DNA of 14,166 bases from Octopus sinensis. Lineage: Eukaryota. The stretch's first letter is position 1. Every line of letters starts with the position of its first letter. Location: NCBI RefSeq assembly GCF_006345805.1, contig NW_021825916.1, positions 1-14,166 of the forward strand, given 5' to 3'. The notes under the pieces are model-generated. The model ran no database searches. It had not been told where the DNA came from and was given only the letters and a program-made list of their open reading frames with translations. The position numbers and the translations under genes are program-made. Positions 1 to 8,560 of this stretch are shown here, piece by piece.

Positions 1-347
1 GCTATGTTTCTTGAAGTTAAATCACTAATTTAATGGTTTATTTTTGGCAGATCAGAGCCAGATTCTTGCAAATTTTTGCCTCCCATGGCCAAAACTTGAT
101 CCTCAATTTCGATCAGTAATTGATGAAACATTGTTTCAGAGAACTGAATATTGATATCTGGGTTTGCCTGTTGAACTGCATACGTGAAGTCCTCAGTCAT
201 GTCCTAACTATGTTTCATCCAAAGCTGTAGGAGGCGGCCAAGTTGACACATGTTCAGTATAATTGCAAAAATGTTACGGAGTTTCCTTGGAGAATCTGAT
301 ATTGATCCTTCAGCCAATGCTAAGTCCCAATGTACATCATTTTCTTT
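1..347 (-). pseudogene. Degenerate Helitron Rep/helicase fragment (region upstream of the PIF1 helicase domain)
   Basis: Manual translation of the minus strand from 347 gives KENDVHWDLALAEGSISDSPRKLRNIFAIILNMCQLGRLLQLWMKHS*DMTEDFTYAVQQANPDINIQFSETMFHQLLIEIEDQVLAMGGKNL. This fits the Helitron RepHel pattern LLExDxHWxxxLxEA...PxxLRxLFAIIL..C.P..P..LW..Y...M.ED as I recall it. In-frame stops at 206-204 and 32-30. Runs off the window edge. Confidence 0.85.
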
Positions 348-447
348 AAAAAAATACGTTGAAATAGAGATTAAATGAAAAATGAGTTATGTGAATGTCT
401 TCACAAGAGTGATTGAAATAAATGGCGACTGTGGAATGCCGCATGAA

Positions 448-466
448 CGCACGCACACACATACAC

Positions 467-510
<44 letters not shown>

Positions 511-530
511 CACACACACATACATACATA
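448..530. repeat. (CA)n/(CATA)n microsatellite
   Basis: Directly visible tandem repeat. Confidence 0.97.
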
Positions 531-559
531 AAGTATCAGAAATCAGATGAAATGGGCAT

Positions 560-794
560 GTGTGTATGCACGTGTGTGTGAGAGAGAGAGAGAACGAGGG
601 AGGGGGTATATTGTCATGTATACGTACATAAATAAATATGCATACACTTTTTTGTATGTATGTGTGCGTGTGAGAGAGATAGTGAGTGCCACTTAGACTT
701 CACTCTGTCTCTCTCACACACACGCACACACATACATACTAAAAAGATGTACGCATAAGTAAATATGTATGTACGTATACATGACAACACACCT

Positions 795-825
<31 letters not shown>

Positions 826-850
826 ACATACGCACACACACACATACATA
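560..850. repeat. Imperfect inverted repeat (fold-back) built from microsatellite mosaic, loop at about 686-700
   Basis: 611-630 TTGTCATGTATACGTACATA is the exact reverse complement of 768-787. Inner arms 631-685 and 701-767 align with small indels. Outer (GA)n at 580-592 mirrors (TC)n at 799-824. Confidence 0.8.
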
Positions 851-1212
851 AATGTATGCAAATGTACATACGAAAACACACGTGAGCGTGTGTGACTGAC
901 AGCAAATACATAGAGCTGAACACGGCGAGCAATAAGTAAATAAATAAAAACTTTTAACGGAAATTAACGAAGTGTGCGGGTTCAAGCGAAATTTGTGGAC
1001 GTAGTAAATATTTCTTTCGGTAATTTATCGCAGTTGTTTGCAAATAGCGAATTAAAACTTGAAATGAAAACATTAAAATAGAGAGTGAGAGGTTTCGCAA
1101 ATGAAAACTGAAAGATTCGCCGTTGACGAAAGATTCGTAAATACCGGAAGTTGACATTGAGAAACCTTTTTAAAGAAGAGAATCATATATATAAAGCAAT
1201 ATTATTTATTTT

Positions 1213-1622
1213 TAACTTAACTTAACTTTTAACTTAACTTAACTTTACTTAACTTAACTTAACTTAACTATACTCTTTTACTTGTTTCAGTCATTTGACT
1301 GCGGCCATGCTGGAGCACCGCCTTTAGTCGAGCAAATCGACCCCGGGACTTATTCTTTGTAAGCCCAGTACTTATTCTATCGGTCTCTTTTGCCGAACCG
1401 CTAAGTGACGGGGACGTAAACACACCAGCATCGGTTGTCAAGCAATGCTAGGGGGACAAACACACACATACATATATATATAAATATATACGACAGGCTT
1501 CTTTCAGTTTCCGTCTACCAAATCCACTCACAAGGCATTGGTCGGCCCGGGGCTATAGCAGACTGAACCCGGAACCATGTGGTTGGTTAGCAAGCTACTT
1601 ACCACACAGCCACTCCTGCGCC
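1213..1622 (-). mobile_element. tRNA-derived SINE, family 1, near full length with (GTTAA)n tail and 28-bp TSD
   Basis: Minus-strand head GGCGCAGGAGTGGCTGTGTGG has an A-box-like motif (1612-1602) and a B-box-like GGTTCAGTC (1569-1561). Internal (TG)/(TA) microsatellite. Tail is (TTAAC)n on + at 1213-1269. Identical 28-mer ATATATATAAAGCAATATTATTTATTTT at 1185-1212 and 1624-1651. Homologous to the copies at 6434 and 12110. Lacks 31 nt present at 6493-6523. Confidence 0.93.
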
Positions 1623-1787
1623 TATATATATAAAGCAATATTATTTATTTTGAATAAAAAGTAAACCGAAAAGCCTTTTACGTATCCGAGGTCAAATCAT
1701 TCATGCATCCCAAGTGTGGAAGCAATTCGCACAGCCGTTTTCGCGTTAAAAGTGAACACATACACACACAGTTCTATCTTATATAAT

Positions 1788-2053
1788 TTGTGTTGCTGGC
1801 ACTCCGTCGCTTACGACGACGAGGGTTCCAGTTGAACCGATCAACGGAACAGCCTGCTCGTGAAATTAACGTGCAAGTGACTGAGCGCTCCACAGACACG
1901 TGTACCCTTAACGTAGTTCTCGGGAAGATTCAGCGCGATACAGAGTGTGACAAGGCTTGTCCTTTGAATTACAGGCACAACAGAAACAGGAACAAAGAGT
2001 GAGAGAAAGTTGTGGCGAAAGAGTACAGCAGGGTTCGCCACCATCCCCTGCCG
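1788..2053 (-). mobile_element. 5'-truncated SINE, family 2, with 12-bp TSD
   Basis: GC-richer block that I recognise as the body of an abundant octopus SINE; minus 3' end ...GACGGAGTGCCAGCAACACAA. Flanked by ATCTTATATAAT at 1776-1787 and 2054-2065. The tRNA-like head is absent here. Family identity is from memory, not from a search. Confidence 0.8.
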
Positions 2054-2068
2054 ATCTTATATAATAAG

Positions 2069-2164
2069 ATATATATATATGTGTGTGTGTGTGTGTGCGT
2101 GTGCATGTATGTATGTATGTATGTATGTATGTATGTATGTATGTATGTATGTATGTATGTATGC

Positions 2165-2200
<36 letters not shown>
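2069..2200. repeat. Compound microsatellite (TA)n(TG)n(TATG)n(TAGA)n
   Basis: Directly visible. Confidence 0.97.
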
Positions 2201-2749
2201 TTTTTTTTCTTTTTTATTAATAGACTTTATAAACAATTGGGATCAGACAAGGAAGCAAGTAATCAGCCCGCTAACCCAGACAGTCAGACAAGAAATAAAT
2301 GTTTAGAATACGTGTGTTCTGAAGGTTCTTTTTGTGTTGATTTTTTTTTATTATTTTGGAGGCGGGGGAGGAGGTTATTTTCATTTATTTATTTCTTAAA
2401 TTGTGTTACTGCCGAGACAAGCAAAAGATATCACACAGGGGTCTGGTACTTTAATCTTGAATCATTCAACAGCAGAAAACGGCAAACATGTGAAAAGTTC
2501 CAACAAAAAAATTCGGCACTGCAAGAGGTGTGTTGTTGAGATGAAGTTGTGGAGGAGGGAGGAATGCGGTGGGGGGGGGGATGAATAGTAGGAACAAAAT
2601 GAAAACAAGGAAAAAGAAGTAAAAAAATCTTGAGTTGAAAATGCAGAGGAAGAACAAGAATCGGGGTGGGTGGGTGGAAAAATAGAAAAGTCTACAAATA
2701 AATGATCATAAGATAATGACGAGAAAACTTCTGGTAATGAGCTGGATAA

Positions 2750-2874
2750 TATATACACATACATACTTACAAACATATATACATATATACACGTATATAT
2801 ATATATGTGCAAGTATATACATAAACATTTACTTACATATATACAAGTATATACATATACATAGGTATATTTAT

Positions 2875-2909
<35 letters not shown>

Positions 2910-3053
2910 CATATATGTTTGTGTGTAAGGGCACACACATACATGCACATATATACAAATATACCCCCACATACATTCATATATGTATATACATATATAT
3001 GTATGTATATATGTATATATACATACATGTATATATCTATATATACATATATA

Positions 3054-3090
<37 letters not shown>

Positions 3091-3277
3091 CATATATACA
3101 TATATACATATATATATACATATATATATACACATATATATATACATATATATATATACACATACATACATATATACATATATATGTATACACATATATA
3201 TACATATATATATATACACACACATATATATGCATATATATACATATATGTATGTGTGTGTATGTGTGTGTGTGTGT

Positions 3278-3340
<63 letters not shown>
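2750..3340. repeat. Large compound (TA)/(TATACA)/(TG) microsatellite
   Basis: Directly visible; source of the YI/HT/CV-repeat ORFs. Confidence 0.97.
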
Positions 3341-3344
<4 letters not shown>

Positions 3345-3809
3345 ACAAGAGGATGTCATGTGTCGGAGATGCTAAAGTAAAGGAAGTGGAAACAGAACAA
3401 GTGTTAAGGGCATCAAAGAATGAAAAAAATGACAGCATGATTGAGCATAAAATTATTTTGTAATTCTAAAGCAGTCTTTAGGAAGTGTTGTTCTTGTTCT
3501 TGTTGTCCTCGGCTTTATTTGTCCTCGTTATATATGTATACATTCTTTAATTTTGTATTTCTCTTTTCTTTTTTTTTTTTAGTACACCGGATGTCTGAAA
3601 ATACAAATTCGTCTTGATAATGACAAAAGCAGGACATTAGGGGATGCATGTCGTCGGAATAATAATAATAATTTCTTCATTATTACCCCTTGGACCCTTT
3701 TATATATATCATAATTAAAAGCGTAGATAGGGGTTACAAAACGAGTGGTGATGTACAAAACAAAATTTATACAAAAAACGAAAGGAAGGACTAAGTTCTC
3801 ATACAATAA

Positions 3810-3980
3810 GTGTATGTATGTATGCTTGCATTATGTATGTGTATGTATGTATGTGAATAAGTGCGTATGTATGTGTGTGCGTGCGTGTGTATGTATGTGT
3901 AAGTCTGTGTGTGTGATGCATTCCTGGACATATATACATATGTGTGTGTGACTGTGTATGTGTGTTTGTATGTGCGTGGG
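3810..3980. repeat. Degenerate (TG)/(TATG) microsatellite
   Basis: Directly visible. Confidence 0.9.
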
Positions 3981-4049
3981 TGTATTTCTTGTGACCAAGA
4001 CATTAAACTGCACCCTGTGGTGAATCTCTAGCTCGAGAATTCTTGGAGG

Positions 4050-4360
4050 TTTGGGGAATATGAAGTTAACTTTCATTCACCACTACAACCAGATATGCTT
4101 AGTCCCGAGGTGGTAGTCCCCATCAAGGGCTTCAGCCATGAGTCAAGTAGTAGATGATGATTCTGTGGGTAAGTCATGTAGGACTCGGAGGGCTGGCAAC
4201 TACGCACGTATCCCACTGGCCGGCTGGTATGTAGGCATGCCTTGGTGTCACGTGAACCGATCCTCTTATACAACTGGAAACCAGTGCGGGATGTTCCCCA
4301 AGAATAATCATGAATTTCTGACTTTGGTATGGAGAGCTTTGATCGACGATGCAAATAAGT
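4050..4360 (+). mobile_element. Possible 5' end relic of an RTE-type LINE (5'UTR plus decayed start of the APE endonuclease)
   Basis: GC-richer island. The frame of ORF 4138-4374 ends NHEFLTLVWRALIDDANK, which resembles the APE start motif LTLxTWNVRTLxD with deletions, and then stops at a (TATC)n tract. Weak similarity judged by eye. Confidence 0.3.
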
Positions 4361-4410
4361 ATCTATCTATCTAGCTAGCTAGCTATCTGTCTATCTATCT
4401 ATCTGTATGT

Positions 4411-4484
<74 letters not shown>
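4360..4484. repeat. (TATC)n tetranucleotide microsatellite
   Basis: Directly visible. Confidence 0.97.
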
Positions 4485-4496
4485 GTTTATCCAGAT

Positions 4497-4712
4497 AAAA
4501 CAGGGGACAATTGATGAAGGGATTGTTCTTTATGTTGCCTGTCTCGTATTTCTATTTGTTTCTTTCGTTATTCGGAAAAAAATGTAGTTTTCCATGTTTT
4601 TGTTTTTTTATTTTTCGTTTTTCATTTAGTTCACGTATTTTTGACGTCCTGTTAACCATATATGTATGTATATATACATATATGTAGGTAGGTACATATA
4701 TGCATGTATATA

Positions 4713-4720
<8 letters not shown>
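4497..4720 (+). repeat. Interspersed repeat copy A (direct repeat of 5253-5490); possibly a Penelope-like terminal repeat
   Basis: AAAACAGG..GATGAAGGGA.TGTTCTTTA.GTTGCCTGTC...CTATTTGTTTCTTTCGTT...ACGTCCTGT..CCATATATG..TGTATATATACATATATGTAGGTA is shared with copy B. The Penelope assignment is inference from the GATGAAGGG motif and the ending in (TA)n. Confidence 0.8.
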
Positions 4721-4770
<50 letters not shown>

Positions 4771-5252
4771 ATATTTATTTATTATTATATGATCGAACGC
4801 CATGCATCCATTTCCAAGTAAGTTTTATCTTAATAATTTCGATGCACACTCTACACTCTCTCTATTTTCCCCTTCATTCCGCTATTATTATTCTTCCTTT
4901 CTGTTTTCTTCTCCTCCCCTTTACCGTTCTCTTTCTTTCCCTCTCTCTTCTTCACTTTTCTTTCTTGACTCTTTCGTTGCTCACACGTGATCAGGAGCTA
5001 TCGTTCTTTTTTACACTTGTTTTACAAGTGATAATACCTACTTTTGCTTGTCTCCTGCCATAGCTCCTTTCTCCAACGTTCACCGCTTTACCTCGTTATG
5101 ACTTAACAGCCCTCACTGTTTCTTTTTACTGCTTTGTTCTTACTGTCCTGTTTTTGTTACCACATTAACCCTCCGCAAAAATCTCAAATTTAATTTAATT
5201 TGCTTTGCGGGAAGGACTGTTTTAACGAAGTTGTGTCTTGTCCCAATCTCCA

Positions 5253-5490
5253 AAAACAGGAAACAGATGAAGGGACTGTTCTTTACGTTGCCTGTCAAGT
5301 TTCTCTATTTGTTTCTTTCGTTGTCCGAAAAAAAGTTTGCTTTCAATATTTTTGTTCTTTTTATGTTCTCGATTTTCTTTTTGTTCACGTTTTTTTTCAC
5401 GTCCTGTACCCATATATGCTTGTATATATACATATATGTAGGTATGTACATATATATATATGTTATATGTATGTATATATGCATATATAT
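5253..5490 (+). repeat. Interspersed repeat copy B (direct repeat of 4497-4720)
   Basis: See copy A; offset about 756 bp. Confidence 0.8.
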
Positions 5491-5507
5491 ATACGTATTA
5501 CTACTAC

Positions 5508-5549
<42 letters not shown>

Positions 5550-6001
5550 GAGTGAGAGAGCAGTGCATGCCATCAAAGTGACACTGGGGTAAAATATACG
5601 AAGCCCAGTATACCCATCATGACTACCCGTCTGATAAGGGTACACCAGGCACATGCATCACAGCTATATGTGCGCGACATGGTGATCTCATATCAAGATA
5701 AACAGCACATGACCTTGCAGGTGGGGCCCAGTTAGAATTTTCTTCTGGTCGAGTAACCCGACCCACTCAAAAGGTCTCCGAATAAGGGTTGTTTAAGGAT
5801 GTTGAACGAAACACCCATGTTTCCAGAGGTGAATTATTCAAACCCCCAAAGAATCCCTCTCAACACATGGCTATGATGCTCCTGCACTACTTCTGCTCGT
5901 GATCAGAGATGCACATATCGTCAACCACTAAGGGAGATGCTCAACTGGTTAAGGTCAAACAACTGACAAGCAAATCTGCGGTATTGAGCAGAATATTTGC
6001 T

Positions 6002-6003
<2 letters not shown>
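5550..6003 (-). mobile_element. Non-coding retroelement segment inserted in an (ATT)n/(TAA)n tract; probably the 3'UTR of an R4/Dong-like element or a non-autonomous partner
   Basis: 454-bp unique block bounded on both sides by pure ATT repeats (about 5508-5549 and 6004-6036). Minus 3' end ...GCACTGCTCTCTCACTC(ATA)n. No ORF recognised. Strand inferred from the neighbouring element and from memory of the repeat. Confidence 0.65.
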
Positions 6004-6036
<33 letters not shown>

Positions 6037-6037
<1 letters not shown>

Positions 6038-6381
6038 TGTTTGACATTTGCTTTATATTTGTACAAGTTGGCTCCAAGTCTCACCCAGAGACCTCAAGAG
6101 ACAACAGGTTGGAAGTTCATGTTGTTGTTATGCCTAGTGTGCCATATATTGGGGGGGGGGGTGTTGTACTAATGAATGTCTAAAAAAAAATTTTTTTTTA
6201 AAAGCCGAAAATTATGTTTGTTTTAAACCTTGAGATTACATAGAAAGTATTTTGCGTAGGATATGAGCAGTTCCCATGAGCACTATCTTTTGAATTTCTG
6301 CCATTTTTGGGTTTCCTGGTATCTGAGTTAGGTAGCTATCAGCCCCTTTTGCTATCATTCCCAGGGCACCTATGACAACAG

Positions 6382-6385
<4 letters not shown>
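6037..6385 (-). mobile_element. 5'-truncated R4/Dong-clade non-LTR retrotransposon in (TAA)n
   Basis: ORF C-terminus followed by about 200 bp of 3'UTR ending ...GCAAATGTCAAACAG(AAT)n. Flanked by (ATT)11 at 6004-6036 and (ATT)15 at 6384-6428. Dong elements are known to target TAA repeats. Confidence 0.85.
6236..6385 (-). pseudogene. C-terminal 49 aa of an R4/Dong ORF (end of the restriction-like endonuclease region)
   Basis: IPVVIGALGMIAKGADSYLTQIPGNPKMAEIQKIVLMGTAHILRKILSM*, uninterrupted, stop TAA at 6238-6236. PVVIGALG and IQKxxLxGTxxIL are typical of R4/Dong C-termini. Confidence 0.85.
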
Positions 6386-6433
<48 letters not shown>

Positions 6434-6593
6434 CAGGAGTGGCTGTGGTGATAAGAAGCTTGCTTCCTAACCTCATAGTTCCGGGTTCAGTCCCTCTGCG
6501 TGGCACCTTGAGCAAGTATCTTCTACTATAGCCTCGGGCCGACCAAAGCCTTGTGAGTGGATTTGGTAGACGGAAACTGAAAGAAGCCTGTCG

Positions 6594-6624
<31 letters not shown>

Positions 6625-6830
6625 ATGTGTGTACGTTTGTGCGTGTGTGTATATGTGTGAGTGTGTGTGTGTATGTGTGTCTGTACGTGTGTGTGTGTTT
6701 GTGTGCCTGTTTGTACACCGCCATCGCTTGACAACTGATGTTGGTGTGTTTACGTCCCTGTAATTTAGCGGTTCGGCAAAAGGCGGTGCCTCAGCATGGC
6801 CCAGTCAAATGACTGGAAAAAGTAAAAGTA
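6434..6830 (+). mobile_element. SINE family 1 copy with a 65-nt internal deletion
   Basis: Head CAGGAGTGGCTGTGGTG...CCGGGTTCAGTCC, then ACCTTGAGCAAGT (reminiscent of the CORE-SINE motif), internal (TG)n, and 3' CAGTCAAATGACTGGAAAAAGTAAAAG. Joins GGCAAAAG directly to GCGGTG at about 6778-6782. Confidence 0.92.
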
Positions 6831-7373
6831 AATGAATAAAAGAATAAAGGAATACACACACACACACGCACACACGCATACACACATATATATTAAGGAA
6901 TTTGTTATGTTATCTCTGTATGCGCGCGTGTGTATGTGTATGCGTATATGTGTGTTTGTGTGTGTGTCATCGTTTGTGTATGTGTATGCGTGTGTGAGTG
7001 TATGTGTGTATAAATAATGGTGCATTCTACACCAAAAATATGTATATAGTCGATTGAGTGACTGGGCCCTTTATTCGGTTTCGAAGCGTATCAGAAACGA
7101 TGTCGACAGGCTGACGCAACGACAATAATGTTACTGTTATGCGAAGGCGGTTTTCGTACAAGAATGTCGGTATAGCTTGGAATAGTTTTCATTACCACTC
7201 TAGCGCTAGTCTCATCAGATACAATAGGAGATAAGAATATTATTAGATGTCCCAAAATAGCAGCCAAAATACGTTTCGCCAAATTTAGCTACTGACACTG
7301 TTTGATCTCCTTGATCTTCCTAGTGGTGTTTGAATGTGTATGTGTCTATATGTATTATGTACATACTATATAA

Positions 7374-7375
<2 letters not shown>

Positions 7376-7435
<60 letters not shown>
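7376..7435. repeat. (TA)n microsatellite
   Basis: Directly visible. Confidence 0.97.
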
Positions 7436-7437
<2 letters not shown>

Positions 7438-7440
<3 letters not shown>

Positions 7441-7652
7441 TAATCCAAACATGAAAACACAAAGAGAAAACACACCAACGCGAGGACGTGGAACAAATAT
7501 AGTATTATTGGATGCTCAGGAAGGAAGGGAAGAAGGGGGGGGTTTAACGTTTCGAGCGGAGCTCTTCGTCGGAAACATAGGAGAAGGAAAGATCCAGAGA
7601 AGGGACAGAGAAGACAGAGGAAAAAAAATCGCCAACGGTACACACGCGGTCA
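7438..7652 (-). mobile_element. Penelope-like element terminal-repeat relic carrying a hammerhead motif
   Basis: Minus strand: pyrimidine-rich tract, ...GTTTCCGACGAAGAGCTCCGCTCGAAACGTTAAACC..., then a T-rich 3' part ending in (TA)n. The ..GA.GA-stem-CGAAACGT layout is characteristic of Penelope-like termini. Confidence 0.7.
7542..7576 (-). ncRNA. Minimal type I hammerhead ribozyme motif (variant core)
   Basis: GUUU CCGACGA A GAGC UCC GCUC GAA AC GU U AAAC: stem I GUUU/AAAC, stem II GAGC/GCUC, palindromic ACGU helix III, GUU cleavage triplet. Deviations: U4 to C and one extra A after A9. Confidence 0.7.
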
Positions 7653-7657
7653 CATTA

Positions 7658-7683
7658 TATGTGTGTGTGTGTATGTTTGTATG

Positions 7684-7737
<54 letters not shown>

Positions 7738-7763
7738 CATGTATGTATATATATATTTATATG

Positions 7764-7804
<41 letters not shown>

Positions 7805-7868
7805 ATGCATGTATGTATATATATATTTATATGTATATATATATATATATTATATATATATATATATA
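7658..7868. repeat. Compound (TG)/(TA) microsatellite with a 70-bp higher-order duplication
   Basis: 7731-7780 is identical to 7801-7850. Confidence 0.93.
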
Positions 7869-7939
7869 AACATTATCATTTCTAAATCTCTCAACGAGAA
7901 ACATTCAGTAACAGTACTCTAAAGTAAAGGTTATTTGCC

Positions 7940-8296
7940 AACATAATGTGGCAGTCCCGGTTGGGACGGTTGTTACTGTTATTTAGCCCCAGGAAACATC
8001 GTCTCCAATTGACTATACGACACACTATCTGTGTCCTTATATTTTCGAACAGGGGAGTTTAGCATCCCCGCTCAGCCCAAAGCAATACCTGTGGACCGCT
8101 GTTTCTGTGCCGAGCAAGGGAAATAACCCAGGAAGCGCAGGTCACAGATATTGCTTTGTGCTGATTGGGGATGCTAAACTCTCCTGTTCGAAAATATAAG
8201 AATATAGATAGTGCGTCGTATAGCCAATTGGAGATGATGTTTCCTGGAGCTAAATAACAGTAACATTCGTCCCAGCCAGGGCTGCTACATTATGTT
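7940..8296. mobile_element. MITE-like foldback element with about 157-bp terminal inverted repeats
   Basis: Arm 7940-8097 versus the reverse complement of 8140-8296: 17 mismatches in the first 146 ungapped positions. Spacer about 42 nt. No TSD found. Confidence 0.9.
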
Positions 8297-8415
8297 AAAT
8301 CGACGCTAGAACTTCATTGTTTCAACCTGGTACTTATTCTATCGGTCTCCTTTTGCCGAACCTCTACGTTACGGGATGTAAAGAAACTAAAAGTGGTTGT
8401 CAAGCTGTTGTGGAG
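8297..8415 (-). mobile_element. Diverged SINE family 1 internal fragment
   Basis: GGTACTTATTCTATCGGTCTCCTTTTGCCGAACC...GGTTGTCAAGC aligns with 1368-1444. Confidence 0.8.
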
Positions 8416-8439
8416 AGAGAAGCACAAAGATATACACAC

Positions 8440-8445
8440 ATAAAC

Positions 8446-8499
<54 letters not shown>

Positions 8500-8560
8500 C
8501 ACCCACATATACATAGATACATAGATAGACACATATATACATACGCACACATACATACAG
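8440..8560. repeat. (CA)n-rich microsatellite
   Basis: Directly visible. Confidence 0.95.

Noticed and set aside
41-155. Plus-strand acceptor-like TTTTTGGCAG followed by a short open frame
   Set aside because: Better explained as the antisense strand of the Helitron relic.
5264-5335. GATGAAGGGAC...GTCCGAAA as an intact hammerhead with a long stem II loop
   Set aside because: The core lacks CU, the stem is out of register and there is no helix III; kept only as a hint in the repeat finding.
7212-7218. CTGATGA on the minus strand with GAAA 21 nt downstream
   Set aside because: The intervening sequence does not form a stem II closing on GAAA, and there is no helix III or NUH site.
7091-7282. 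ORF that looks like a secreted peptide (MAKRILAAILGHLIIFLSPIVS...)
   Set aside because: The start is TTG, with an in-frame TAG three codons upstream and no ATG. The acceptor context is weak and I recognise no family.
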